From Curvularia clavata (lineage: Eukaryota), in assembly GCA_023920165.1 (NCBI GenBank), contig CP089281.1, positions 1,612,001-1,676,000 on the forward strand: DNA of 64,000 nucleotides, in the 5' to 3' direction. This document shows positions 37,318-51,186 of this stretch, piece after piece. The number at the start of each line of letters is the position of its first letter. Positions within the stretch are counted from its first letter, which is position 1. The translations under genes were made by a program, and so were the position numbers. The notes beneath the pieces were generated by a model that had not been told where the DNA came from, made no database searches, and saw only the letters and a list, made by a program, of their open reading frames with translations.

Positions 37318-37631
37318 GCTGTCGACTGTGGTCAAGGCGCTTATAAAGATGAGGCTTGGGGAATGCGACAGGCAAGTCTCTTTGGCAACTAGGAAATCAC
37401 CTTGTATTATAATATTCTGCTCCTAAGGCATGTCACACATGAGCTATTCCTTGGGGGTGGCTGAGGGAAGCCGCAGCAAGATCACCGTGTGTAAGGCGTT
37501 CCATAAGACTACTTAATAGTCGGGTGTGGCTGAGCAGCACGTGGCTGTGCTGCCGGTCGGCCAAAACAAGTAACGCGGAGGTGCACATTTCAATCCAATG
37601 AGATGCATGGGTATTCCAGCGCGCTAGACTA

Positions 37632-38889
37632 TCACGCAGCTAATTCTACCTCATCCAAGTTCTTGCGTATGAACTTGGTTGCGGCATCCAGACCCTCCTT
37701 GACCACATCCGTGTGGTTGACAAACCCAATCCTCACGTAGCCTTTGAACTCGTCGCCAAAACATGTGCTACCCGGCACGAACATAACGCCCGTGGCTTCG
37801 AGTAGCTTCTTGCAAAAGTCTACAGAATCTACTGGCTTGCCTTCGCGGTGGAACTTTACGAATGCTGTTGTGCCAGCAACAGGCTTCACCCATTCACACT
37901 CGTCCTCATTCTTGATGACGAATTTCTCGAGCAGCGCAAGATTGGTCTTCGCAAGCTGGATGTTACGTGCAAGAAGGTTGTGTATGGTTGAAGAATGTAG
38001 AGCGTAGGCTGCAATTTGTTCGTCAAAGTAGGACACTGATATAGTGGTGTAGTGCCTTGCTTCTGCAATCTTCTCAATGAGGTCCGAATTGCGTGAGGCG
38101 ATCCATCCTATGCGTATGCCTGCGAGTGAGTAGGCTTTGGACATGGAGCCTGTAACAATGACATTATTGTAGCCCAGGGACAAGAGGGATGGCGGGAAGT
38201 CCTTGTCCAAAGGACCAATGGAATGGAAAAGTGGTCGGTAGACTTCGTCACCCATAATGGTGATATTCTTTTCTGAAGCAATTGCAACCACCTCTTGTAG
38301 GAACGTCTTGCCAAGAACTGCACCAGTAGGATTGTTAGGATTGTTGAGAATGATGAGCTTGGTGTTGGGCTTGATGAGCGTCTTCAGGTCTTCAATAGCA
38401 GGTACCCAGTTGTTCTCTGGTTTTGCTTTCCACAAGTCGACTTCGGCACCCAACTGCTTGGGCACTTCATAGAGCGACTGGTAGGTGGGGTAGTGGCAGA
38501 TGACATGGTCGCCAGCTCCTACCAGAGCGTATGCAGTTAGGTAGTTTGCTTGGATCGCACCGGGTGTTGTGAGGATGTTTTCCGCTGGAAGTGGTGTGGT
38601 GACTTTTACAGAGTAGAGCCGGGCAAGGTTGTTCCGCAATTCATCGCTTCCTCTGATGGCCCCATAATTGAGAATGCGGGAAGTATCGAGCACTTGCTTT
38701 TCCTTGTCCTCGGACAGATCGCGTAGCTGGTCGACGGAGATTGAGGCACAGCACGTCTCGGCAATGTTGTATTTGCATTTTGTTTCATAGGCGTCCATCC
38801 ACTTTTGATAGTCAGTTCCCCGCAGGAGAAGGCAGGAATGCGGGGAATCGACTTACGGACTCGACCGCGAACTTGTCGATTTTGACCAT
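37632..38889 (-). CDS. PLP-dependent class I/II aminotransferase (capreomycidine synthase-like subfamily)
   Basis: ATG at 38889 (MVKIDKFAVES|WMDAYET), one intron; NNPNNPTG, DEVYRPL, PLP lysine GSMSKAYSLAGIRIGW, YVRIG. Confidence 0.92.
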
Positions 38890-39572
38890 TTTGTCCAGGC
38901 AACGAAGGGGATAGCCGCTGTAGGGAGAACGAGTACTCTACTCGGTAGTTAAAGGCAGCGCTCCAGAAATAGGCCCTGGTGTTTGACATAGGGCGTACCC
39001 GGTCGTCCAGATGATTCCATTTGAGCGGGCCGCGGACAGGCTAGCAAGTACCAGAGCTAGACGACTACCGGCGGCCAGGTCTCTGCGGGAGTCGGGCGAC
39101 GGGCGCAGATCATTTTGCCACAAAGTTGGAGGGCAACCAAAGTAAGCAGCTGACTAGGAAACGGTGTTGCAGCCCGGCGAGGCGACCGAGCTGTCTTCTG
39201 CATGTTCGGCGGCAGGATATCGATGACGACGGTGCTGGGTGCCTGGCGCGGCGTGTGCCTCGGTTTAACGGTCCGTGTCGATAGCTTGGCTGAATCAGGC
39301 CCAGCCTCCTCCGCGAATCGCCAGTGCCTATCGCCGATGATATCGTGTTGGCCACTGTCACTGCCACGGTCGCTGCACTGTAGCTTGTCGTCCTCGTTGT
39401 TATCACGAGCTTGTCCAGCTCGCCCGCCGCTCCTTTGACAGGTGCTGCTCCTCCATTTCCGACGTACAACAGTTGCTGTCGCGCTATCCAAGGCGACGCG
39501 ACCGCCTGATCGCCGCTCCCTGCTATCGCTGCCTCTGCGCCGCATTCGCAGACGCAGAAGCAGACACACGAC

Positions 39573-42500
39573 ATGCGCCAACCAAGCTGGGCGACTTCGC
39601 TCGCCGCCGTCGCTGTGCTGGCACTGGCATCAACATCTACAGCTCACAAGACATTCGCAAACTACTCCCTCGCCGAATCGCCGCAATCTCTCTTCTCCAT
39701 CTACGGCGATAGGCCCGACGGCTGCCCCCCATGCTTCAACTGTAACCTCGAGGACTTCAAGTGCAAGCAGTTTGCCGACTGCAGCAAGGCAAATGGAAGA
39801 TGTAACTGCGGTCCTGGATTTGGCGGCGAAGACTGCTCTGAGCCCCTGTGTGGTGCTCTGCCCGATGGCAAGGACCGGTCCCCAAGAGGAGGTGCAAAGG
39901 AATGCGAGTGCAAAGAAGGCTGGTCTGGCATCAACTGCAATGTCTGTCAAACAAACGATGCCTGCAACGCCATGATGCCAGACAACGAGGGCGGAGTGTG
40001 CTACAAGGCCGGCCAACTGGTCAAGGAGAACTTCCAGATCTGCGACATCACCAACAGAAAGATCCTAGATACCTTGAAGGAAAAGAAGCCCCAGGCTACC
40101 TTCTCTTGTAATGCCGAGTTGGAAGAGTGTAACTTCCAGTGTAAGTCATATCATTGCTCACTCTTGCTCTAACTGACCGTCGTAGTCTGGGTTGACCAGA
40201 GGGAATCCTTTTACTGCGCCCTTGACACGTGTACCTCGCATTTCACCGCCGAATCCGATCGCAACATTACCAAGTACCGATGCGAGAACATCAAGTGCGA
40301 ATGTATCCCCGACAGGATGCTTTGTGGAGAAGATGGCTCTGTTGACATTGGTGATTTCTTGAGGGAGTCGATCAAGGGCCCTGCCGAGTTCAGGGGCATT
40401 TCCGCCATCAACAGCAAGGACAGTGGCAGTGTCTTCTCTGAGCCCGCCATGAACGATCTCATTTCAAGCATCTTCGGTGACGAGAGCATCTTTCTTCGAT
40501 GCGACACTGGCGAGTGTCTGTACCAGACTGAAGTGCCTGGCTACGAAAGGCCTATCAAGAAGATCAACACGCCGCTCATTGCGGGTGTGATTGCTGGCTG
40601 TGCGCTTTTCATAGTGGCGACTATCCTGGCTGTATGGTACCTCACTCACCGTGCAGAAGCGCAGCGTTATGGCCCCATCCATCTGTCAGACGATGAGGAG
40701 GATGAGGACGCAAAGCTATTGGCAGATCACAAGCCAGCCTCGTTTCTTTTCGAGAACGTTGCATACAATCTCCATGGCAAGCAGATCCTTTCCGGAATTT
40801 CTGGTGCAGTCCATCCCGGAGAACTCCTGGCCATCATGGGCGCTTCTGGTGCTGGAAAGACCACCTTCTTAGATATCCTTGCCCGCAAGAGCAAAATTGG
40901 TATCGACAGCGGTGACTTCTACGTTAACGGAGAAAAAGTCCGGGATGACGAATTCCGAAGTGTCATTGGTTTTGTCGACCAGGAGGATACTCTGCTACCA
41001 ACCCTGACTGTCCACGAAACTATTCTCGACTCGGCATTGCTGCGCTTGCCCAAAGAAATGAGCCGTGCCTCAAAGGAACAAAAGGTCGAGGATGTCGAAC
41101 GTCAGCTTGGCATCTACCACATCCGTCACCAGAAGATCGGTTCCGAAGAAAGTGGCCGTGGCATTTCTGGTGGAGAGAAACGCCGTGTTGGTATTGCTTG
41201 TGAGCTTGTGACATCGCCCAGTATCCTGTTCCTGGATGAGCCGACTAGCGGATTGGACGCATACAACGCCTTCAACGTCGTCGAGTGCTTGGTCAATCTC
41301 GTCAAGAACTACAACCGTACCGTGGTTTTCACCATCCACCAGCCGCGCTCCAACATCGTAGCCCTCTTTGATCAGCTGATATTGCTTGCAAAGGGTCGTG
41401 CTGTCTACTCCGGACCCTTTGAGAACTGCCAGTCCTACTTTGACGAGCTTGGCTACACCTGCCCACCTGGTTTCAACATTGCTGACTACATTGTCGATCT
41501 TACCATGCACGCAAGCACTGCAACTCAGCCCATCGACGAAGATAGCTCTCTCTTCAACCGTGATCTCAACCGCGATGGCCTCACCACGAGCGCGAGCAGC
41601 GCAATTGCTGTCAAGTCTATTCCTAGCATCAACACATCCGAGCTTGAACGAGACATTGCTGGAAGTCCTAGCAACTCAAGCATGATACGGCCCAAGGGCA
41701 AGCGAAGGACCTCTATCAAGCAGCAGCAGGAACGTGAGCTGTTTACACGTAAGAAGGTTGTTACTCCCGCCAACGATGGTGCTATGTCGCCCAAGACGGA
41801 CGAAGAGCCTTATGATCGACGAAGCGCTATCAAAGCTCAATGGCTGAAGCTTACTCGTCAACAGGGTGGCGTACCTCCTCAGATTCTTGAGGACCCCGAT
41901 GAGCTTCCGCCTCCTGCCCAGGGCGCGACTGGAACCAACCTCGACATCCTTATCAACGCCTATGCTTCGTCGGACGTCGCCGCCAGAATTCGTGAAGATA
42001 TTGCTACTTCGGTCGCAAGCGCCAACCAAGCCAACGGCACGAATGGAAATCAAGAGTTGAACGGCTTCATCGCAGCAGGCAAGCTGAAGGGTTTCAAGAA
42101 GGTTGGCCTTCTGGGCCAGTTCACCATCTTGTCGCGACGCACGTGGCGCAATCTCTACCGCAACCCTATGCTCATGCTCACCCACTACGCCATCGCTATC
42201 GTCCTTGCGGTGTTCCTGGGTTTCCTCTTCTACGGCCTTACAGATGACATCAAGGGCTTCCAGAACCGTCTGGGTCTGTTCTTGTTCGTCCTCTCGCTCT
42301 TTGGTTTCAGCAGCTTGACCATTCTTACTGTGTTCGCGCCTGAGAGGCTACTCTTCACCCGCGAACGTGCCAAGGGCTACTACTCGCCACCAGCATACTT
42401 CGCCGCCAAGGTCATCTTTGACATTATCCCTCTACGTCTTCTTCCACCCATCATCCTCGGCATAATCGTCTACCCCATGACGGGCTTGATCCCTGCCTGG

Positions 42501-42994
42501 CCCAACTTCCTCAAGTTCACCCTTTTCCTCGTCCTCTTCAACCTCGCCGCGGCAGCCATCTTCCTCTTCATTGGCATTGTGTTCCGCAATTCTGGCGTCG
42601 CGAACTTGATCGGTGTGCTTGTCATGCTCTTCAGTCTGTTGTTCTCTGGCTTCTTCTTGAACAAGGACAGCATTCCTGGGGTGGCCAAATGGCTGCAATC
42701 GGTAAGTCACATACCCCTTGTTGTTTTGTTAGAAATCACGCATGCTAACAGTCACAGTTGTCGATCTTCCACTACGCTTTTGAAGGACTCATTGTCAATG
42801 AGGTCAAGTACCTCTCTCTCATCGACCACAAGTATGGTCTTGATATCGAGGTTCCGGGCTCAGCTATCCTCAGCTCGTTTGGCTTCAACACACAAGCGCT
42901 GTGGACAGACTGCATTGGGCTGGGTGTGTTTGGCGGTGCATTTGTCCTGCTTGCCTACATGGCCATGCACCTTTTGCTTGTGGAGAAGAGGTAG
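39573..42994 (+). CDS. ADP1: ABCG half-transporter with N-terminal EGF-like Cys-rich luminal domain
   Basis: Signal peptide, CPPCFNC and EGF-like repeats, Walker [10 protein letters not shown], signature [21 protein letters not shown]-terminal ABC2 TM domain ending LLVEKR; introns near 40141 and 42702. Confidence 0.95.
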
Positions 42995-43645
42995 TGGAAT
43001 ACCTGTAGGGTGTTGTTGAGGGGGTTTTTTTTTTCTGTTCTACTATCATATATGTTGTCATGCAATTGCTTGTTGAAGCAATAGAGATGTTGGGATCGGA
43101 GGTATCTTTGCATACACGGCGTTCAGGCCATGGGCCTTGTTTTTGTTTTGAGTGTTGTCGTATATATCTAACACTCGCGTTTCTTCTTCAGTGATCTTAC
43201 TGCGATGGGTGGTGTGACTCGACGTGATGATGTGCTGTGAATTCCACCTTAGACTCTTGGACAGCTACTGTTTCTAGGACCAGCCGCTTTGCAAGGAGTA
43301 GGATACATATTTATTCTAAAGGGACGGACTAGCTATCACAAATAGACTCCTTTCCCTGCAGTTGTGAAAATATGCATTTGAATCTGGCTACCAACGGTCA
43401 GTCCTGTGAAAGTCAACTGTGCCTTAGGCAAGAGGGTAAGAGTGACGAATCAGGAAAGACCTCGCCCGTGCAGTGGGCGTGGCTTCCTAATTGGGAGCCG
43501 CTAAGGACCCTAGGTGTGCAAACGCACCAATAATAGCTCAAAGGTATTATGTACTTGGGGGAGCAAACGACTCGACCCTTCTTTACAGTCAACTTTTTCT
43601 GCAAATCGAGCACTCTGTTTTCACTGCTTCAACACCAGAGACCCC

Positions 43646-45502
43646 ATGAAGCGCTTCTTCTCCAGTAAGGCATCGCACTTCCTGTCGCGCCTTCCCAGTA
43701 CGCTGCGGCGCCTTCCTACTACGCGACTCTCAACCCCGAACGTATCTTCACTCAGTCGTGGGACGTTTTCCTTTGCCGGGCAGACGATGAGCCCAGCCCC
43801 AGAAGGTAATAACCCTATGCCGTCTCTCTTACTTCTCTTGGGCGTGTAAAGCACTGACGCGAATACAGACCCCGATCCCTTCAATTATACAAGTGGTCGA
43901 TGGCTCCGCCAGGATGCGCTTGAGCAGCAGTCGCGCTACATACGATTCGATTTCGATGCACTGCGTCGTAAGGTTGTCGCACTCTGTCCTGGCGCTCACT
44001 CCATCACTTCCTATACCAAAATTGAAGGAGGCTTCAATCGGGTATTTGTGTTCCACACCGATAACGCAAAACGGGTCATCGCAAGGCTGCCGTTTCCAGC
44101 AGCAGGTCCCAAAAGGCTAGTCACAAATTCTGAGGTTGCGACAATTCAATATCGTAAGTTTACAACTGCCTTATTCCGGCGAACCTGTTCAAGGAGCTGA
44201 CTCCTCGACCCGTTTTAGTACAACAAAAGACTAGCATTCCCATCCCCCAAATCCTGGAGTGGAGCGACGATCCGAGCATCATCGGTAGTGAGTACATCAT
44301 CATGGAACATGCGCCAGGAGTTCCATTACTCGACAAATGGCCCACTATGAGCGGAGAAGAGCAGATGGCGTGTCTCAATTCCATACTTTCCAAGCTGAGA
44401 GAGCTTGCCGATCTTGACTTTCCAGCTTACGGCAGCTTATACTTCTCGAACACACCTTACATCTCTCAGACAATACCGCTCAACAAGGAAGTCTCTGTTG
44501 GTCCTCATTGTGGAAATATCTATTGGGACTGCTACCCAGGCCAGCTCAAGTACTTTCACGATGTTAAACCCAATCAAGGACCCTGTGAGTCGATCTGCGC
44601 GCTTTCATTATGTTGGCAAAACAACTAAGACGCAATTTCTAGGGCATGATCTTACTGCGTATTGTGACGGTCTCACGGACAACGGGATCACCAGACTTCC
44701 ACCCACCGATCCTCCTGTACAACTACCACGCTACCATGGATCAGTTCAAACACATCGTCAACTCCTTGAACAAGGTCGCGCAGTCCTAAGAACGTTGGCC
44801 AGGAACTCTCAGGTCCAAATGGCAGCTGTTCCTACCATGCTTCATCCTGATTTGCACAAACGGAACATCTTTGTCTCAGAAGATGACCCAACTGTCATCT
44901 CAGCTATACTTGATTGGCAATCTTGCAGCATTGAGCCCGCTTTCTGGTACACAGATCAGAATCCAGACTTTGCGGAACCCGTTCCCGATACCCCGTATGA
45001 AGGTGGCGTGGAAACAAAAAACTGGGCGTGTGCCTTCGGCTACAACGCTGGCTTGATGTTGCTGATGCCAAAGTTACTTCATGCCTGCTCGATGGATGAA
45101 ACCTTGATCCTGCCGTTTCGCAGCATCTATCGAACTTGGGATGACGGTGCCATTGTCCTCCGAGAGCAACTCATCAACCTGTCACGGCGTTGGGAAGAAC
45201 TTGGTCTTACAGAACCATGTCCCTTTCCCCTGCCCGGCCATGATGAAGTTGTGCGAAATCAACCAGACTCAAGGCTGTTCGAGGCGTCCCTACAGCTAAG
45301 ACATCAACTATTAGGTTTTCTCAACTGTACGATTAATGGCTGGGTTCCTCCTGAACAATGGGATGTGGTTAGGTCGGCGAATCGACAAGCATACCATACC
45401 ATACTACAGCAAATACAAGCAGACGAGCAGCCGGATGATGACGAGCCACTCAAAGGCGAGGCAGAACTAAAACAGATCTGGCCGTTTGATCTACAAGAAT
45501 GA
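43646..45502 (+). CDS. APH/kinase-like phosphotransferase family protein (Aim9-like), probably mitochondrial
   Basis: ATG at 43646 with a presequence; FNYTSGRWL, EGGFNRVF, VTNSEVAT, EYIIMEHAPG, HPDLHKRNIFVS, ILDWQS; three introns. Confidence 0.85.
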
Positions 45503-46437
45503 GAGCATATTCAACCGTGGCTAGAAAGGTCTGTATGCGACCATACGTGCGAGGTATCAGTCCGATAATGATGGCAGGGAATGCATCATGAGATGCTGGC
45601 TGGGATGGACAGTGTCTGATCTGTGTACTATTAGAAGATCTTGGACGCACATTTGCCTCCTACCTGTGTGAAGATACTGGCTATTAATGCACCCCACTCA
45701 TACAATTTCCACCTTTTATGCTCCGCACGGGTCCAGTGAACACTGCTTACTGCACACTCTCCACTTCACTCACACCCACGTGCCCCACAGGAGGTCTTTT
45801 GATATCGTGAGAAGCACCAATATCACATTATGAACATTGCAAATTCTAATTCGTTTCTACGGTGGTACCGTTGGTGATACCACATTCATCCAGCACACCC
45901 ATTGAAACATTGCTTATCGCACTCACTTGACTCATCATAATCATGTAGCAAACGCAAGAACAATATCAGAAGCTGATAGACCCATGAGATACACCGCCTG
46001 CCTTATTGTACTTACCTTGACACATTGTGACATGATAATGGGCGTTTGTCTTGCAAGCCTGCCCTATTGGCCGCTCGATTCATGTCCAATCTTGTCTGTT
46101 CCTCATCTTCACCGCTACCATCGTTTCCTATCACTCGAACGCCGGACAAAGCTCCTAACCAGTGCAAACGCCTACTCGCCAATCAGCAGATCAAGAGTAC
46201 GCTGATATGACTTTCACCTGCTCACCTTCGCGGCTGCTGGTATACTCTCCTTGCGTCACAGAATATTTTACTCCAGTGCAAACGGCCACTGACTCTGAGA
46301 TATATAAACAGCTCATTCCCAGTGCTTTCTTCTACTTCAACCTCACACCCCATTCACGACTACCACCACACCAACAACAGCAACAGCAGCAGCAATAACA
46401 ACACAACCTTTTTTTTACTTCTACGCCACTCCTCAAG

Positions 46438-46794
46438 ATGTCAAAGTACCTTTTAGCCTCAGTCGGCATGATGAAAGCCCTCCCCAACATCCTCAACAAA
46501 TTCACTCCTTCGGTGAAAGCGGGAACGCCACTATTTCCCTCAGTTCCAAAGTATGCTGCCTTTCAATTTCGAGTGGTGGCCACTCATTTCGATGAGGAGA
46601 ATCAGAGGATTCACGTCGCTCTACGCGTAAATCGTGAAGCAACAGCACCAGCTCTCAAAGAGTTCATTAATAAGGAGTCTCCAAGTGCCAACCTGGCCAC
46701 GGAAGTTTTCGACCTGAAGGCTGAGGATAAGAAGGTCGAGTTCGATCGTATGATGGACTCCATGGTAATCCAGGCGAAGGAGAAGATTGGTTAA
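46438..46794 (+). CDS. Small hypothetical protein (118 aa)
   Basis: Intronless ORF with TATATAAA at ~46301, a CAA-rich leader and globular composition. Confidence 0.6.
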   Translation: MSKYLLASVGMMKALPNILNKFTPSVKAGTPLFPSVPKYAAFQFRVVATHFDEENQRIHVALRVNREATAPALKEFINKESPSANLATEVFDLKAEDKKVEFDRMMDSMVIQAKEKIG

Positions 46795-47010
46795 GGAAGT
46801 GAGATTCAACCCTTTTTTTTCTTTCACTTTTACTCTTAAGAGATGATACCCAGTGTGAGGTGAGTAGAGAGGTTTAAGAGACCGGGCACATAGTCATATG
46901 ACAACACAATACAATCTCATACATGTCAACTGTGTTCTTTTCTAATAAGCTGTTCCACTTGTCTGCATTCTTTCTGCGCAGCTGTTAAACGACGTAGTGG
47001 CGTTCGCGTT

Positions 47011-47170
47011 ACCATTACCCTACCTTTGCTCTACCTTTACTTTGCCCTACCTTTACTTTTCCCTACCTTTACTTTACCCTACTTTCACTTCACCTTATCT
47101 TTACCTTACCTTTACCTTATCTTTACTTTGCCTTTATCTTACCTTTACCCTTGTCTCACCTTTACCTATA
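47011..47170. repeat. Degenerate pyrimidine-rich tandem repeat (16-bp unit CCCTACCTTTACTTTN decaying into 11-bp units)
   Basis: Four 16-mers at 47029-47092, then ccttatcttta/ccttaccttta units. Confidence 0.8.
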
Positions 47171-49162
47171 CTTTCGTTTTTCTTTTTTATTGGCGGTAGC
47201 GATATGTACTACACACTTTATAACCGCGAAGAAGCGCATCTCGCAGCATAGCATTGCACAGCGCTAACACCAATAGCTTTATTGATTTCGTTAAGGCGAG
47301 CTGGTCTCATTTGTGGTTGTGCGGTGGTTGTACGTATCGCGGTCTGATATACTATACATCCCTTCACCAAATGTTTCTGAATGGCTCCGTCATCCGGGGT
47401 GGTTTCTAAAAGTATGCATAATGCCTTTTCGTAGACGAGAGATGTTTTCTTGAGCAGTCTATACTCGGTACAGTATCAGAGATAGCGGAAGGCAGCATCA
47501 TTTCCTATTGTACATGTATAGGTTTACTGCGCTTGTAGTCCTTGCTCTACTCTCTGCTCTACTTTCAGTCGCTGCAGCAGCTCCAAGCGAACGAATTGGA
47601 CGTGAACCACAACTTGCTGGCTGTATTGTAAGTTTTCTATCTTAATTTAGCTACTTTAGTAGAATAAGCGCTAATGACCTGGTATAGGAAGCTTGCCGAG
47701 CTGCTGGTTGTGTAAGTCTTTTTTGTTTGCCCCCCTGACACTATGGGGGGTGGCGTTTCTAGAGCAAGAAGAGCAACTGATAATCTACAGACTATTGGTA
47801 TTTGTATCGAACGCCGTGGTCAACCTCTCTTCTGTCGTTGTTGAGAGGTCAGAATACTTACGTATTAGGGAGCTTGCTGTTGTAAATCCGGGGGATGTGC
47901 TAAACTTCTCTATTCGTGTCCTCACTAGAGCATGACGAGCTATAAAGGCTGGATACTAAGTATGAACAATATAAATCCTCTATTATCAAAACTCTAAATA
48001 GCTGGTCTTCTCGAATGAAGCAACCGTGTGCAGCGAACAGATAACTTGAGAATTCATTCTTACATTGTCTGTATCGAGCCAAATCGCATCAGATCTACCT
48101 GGCTTCGCAACTCAGGGTCTCAAACCGAATCCACATATTCTTCGCCTATCTCGCCAATCTCCACTCTTCTTTCGTATTCGATCTATGCGGGGGCCTATAC
48201 GAACCCTCTCCCTCGTATACCGCCTTCTCGGGATGTCTTAGCTCCGCATCCGTACCTGCCCTAAACCTCCTATTCCGAACCAAAAACATGCAGCCACGGT
48301 ACCACGCTTCGTCCACACCATTCTTACCAAGACTTTTCGTCACCGCAACCATGCTCGCGGTCATGGCAACCATTACCAAGTTCTTTATAATGTTTCGTGG
48401 AAATTCAATGCCGGGGTGCATATACGAGCCGTCTTTGCCCCCTATATCTCGCTTTCTCCGGATGCCTCGGCGGCTGCTGATGCTGATGCAGCAGTGTGGC
48501 ACTCAGCCTGGTACGCTATGCGGAAAAGGGGGCGTGGAGTGGTGGTGGCGAAAATCGTCAGCATCAATGTTACAACCTCGGTTCTGTGCTTTCCGATGGG
48601 AAGGGGTCAAGGTGTGGTGGAAGGAATAGTGCGTCGCTTGTGTTTGTTTCAGGGCGGATTTGCTCCTTTTGTTTATTCAAGATGGTGTTGCGGAATGTAG
48701 AAGTAGAGATACGCGAGGAACTAGTTATCATGATTCTGGCGAAATGAATGTAGAAGTATCACTAGCTATATCTTTTTGACCAGAGAGCGGAAAAAGAGAA
48801 TAGCAGAAATGATTTCACAAAGCCTATTCACAGTGGTAGTGCCTGACTTGGAACATGGCTGCCTTGAACTTTACTCAGAGAGATCAACGACATTGGGTTG
48901 CATCAGTCTGTCACCCTCATCTCCCATCTTCAAAAACAATCAGACCAACCTCTGTAATTGCTAGAGGATTCACACAGAGAATCAAAACACAGTGACAACA
49001 TGATGATACCAAAAGACATCGCTGTCATTCTCCCCACACCCTCGAAAGTATATATTCAAGATAATCATCAACATACAAGCACAACATCACTCAAAGAACA
49101 TTACACCAACATCGTAGCAGCAACATTGCCCTGATGAAAGTCCTGGTTTCAAGACAACAGGA

Positions 49163-51186
49163 TCAACACCCCTCCCCTATAACCCTCTCCGCCGTCCCCT
49201 TAACCTTCTCACTAGACCCCACAAGCTGTCTCGCCGCCGTCTGAATCGAAATACTCTCTCTCTGCATAGTCCTCACCGCACTCTCCAGCGACTGGGTCCT
49301 CGCCCTCAATCTGCTCACCTCCCCTCTGAGTACATTAATTGTTTCCATCTGCGACGAACTCGTGCCCGTATAACTGCTCTCCATGCCCTCGCTCCGCTCC
49401 GGCGGGGGCCCCGCCTTTGCCCCAGACGAAGAATGAAACTGATCGCCCATCACCATCGCTTCCTCCAGCACGCGAATCCTCTGTTCAAGCTCCGATTTCT
49501 CTGCTTCCCATTTCTTTTTATCTTCCGCACCTTGCGACTGCAGACGATTCGCCATTTCCATGATGCGCATGTACTGTGCCCCGTTGGCGATGAGCTGGCG
49601 GCGAGCCTCGTCTCTACTCTGCTGCAGCTCCTCGACTTGACCCTCCATAGTCGTGACTTGTGTCTGGAGTTTTTCCTTTTCCTCGGTTAGACTGTTGATT
49701 TCGACGTCGCTAACTTCAAATTTCTTTTCGAGAGTGGCGCATCTTGTCTTTTGTCGCTCGAGTTTCTGGAGGAGATCTTCATATTCGCGTTGTAGAGTGC
49801 GGAATTCTAATGTCTTGACGGTGACTTGGTGTTGTAGGTCTTGGAGGAGAGTGTTTTGTGCTGAGGCATGCGCGGATGTAATGGGCGGAGTCATTGAAGG
49901 AAGGCTTTGGGAGCTTGAGAAGTTTAGCGAGGATGGTGAAGGCAGTACGGTCGAGTGCGTAAGCTGTGGAGCCTGAATTGGTGATTGCGGAGGCATATAC
50001 ATTGCTCCAGAGGGTGTTGTTGTTCGCTGTGGAGAGCCTGCGACGATTGCTGCCACCATGCCATAAGGGTGCCTTCTGGGATCCTCTGACGAGGGGTTAG
50101 ACCGTGTGAAATGACCATAAGTATGGTGAGCAGGCTGCTGTCTTCTCGGTGGAGACTGTTCCTCACGTTCTTCCAGGAAGTGCTGTGCTCTCCGCATATT
50201 TGATGGGTCGTCAGCTGGTGATGACGATCTTATGCTATGCAGCGGCCTTTGCTCTATGTGCTCCTGCAGTCGGACTTTACCCTCATGCACGCGATCGAGG
50301 GCCCATTGCAGTGCCTCTTCGATCTTGGCGTGGCCAGGGACGGGCGGCTATCAGAACGTATCAGCAGTGCCGACTCTTTAGCAGATGCTGACGCTACTTG
50401 GACAGCAAGTGTGAGCGCGTATCGACAGCTTACCTTGTACGAGACTTGTTGCTCTATACGCGTCAGATCTTCGAGTCCGTTGACCAGCTCATCCAGGTCT
50501 GTAACGAGTTTGCGCACTAATGAACGTGAATTTGAGCATACCTGGCCCTGGCAGTGAGGCGGACAACAAGTCACTGGCTCTGTTGCACACAAAGGATGAG
50601 GGACAGAATCACGATGCAAGGCTGGCTCGCTGGGTGCCAAGGTGGTGGCCGGTTGAGGAACCCGCGAATGGATTGTTGAGGGCTCTGTAATCGTTTTCAG
50701 CTACCAGTACGGATGGGCGAGTCGCAGTGCCGTCCCTCGGATGGGTGGAGAGCACCAAAGCAGTACTAATCACCGCCCGTGCTCCCGCTTGGCTCGCATA
50801 TTTCATGGCTAGCAAAGAAAGACAACTGTACCTGCTTGATATCTTTGTGCACTCTGCCTAGGGCGATGTTCGAAGATATCGAAAAGAGAATAGGATCTGC
50901 GTTGAGATCCATCCAGCAACTCAAGCGATGGCGGTGGGGGCGAGTATTGGGTGGAACTAGTAGTGACAGGGCTAGTGGAGGTATTGTATGAAGAAGCGAG
51001 AAGCGGTGGCAGTACCCGATAGTCCAGAGCAGGGCTGTCGTGAGCATAGAGGCCGGCTTGCGACGGGAGCGGGGAAACCTGCTGGGCAAGGGAAGCTGCT
51101 ACTAGATTCGAGCTGTGTCGCTTCGAAGGAACGCCAATGGTGTCTTCGTTCTCCCATGTTCGTTTATTGCCTGCACGAGACCCCAT
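49163..51186 (-). CDS. Hypothetical protein with S/P-rich region and long C-terminal coiled coil; 5' exon structure uncertain
   Basis: Last exon ~50347-49163 (PPVPGHAKIEEALQWALDRVHEGKV...LQDLQHQVTVKTL...YMRIMEMANRLQ), upstream exon ending QQVSYK|gtaagc, candidate first exon from the ORF 51186-50809. Confidence 0.7.

Noticed and set aside
47011..47170. Interstitial telomere or CRISPR-like array
   Set aside because: The units are not CCCTAA, there are no unique spacers, and the context is eukaryotic.
48028..48964. Overlapping short ORFs in several frames
   Set aside because: They could not be joined into a coherent gene and show no motifs.
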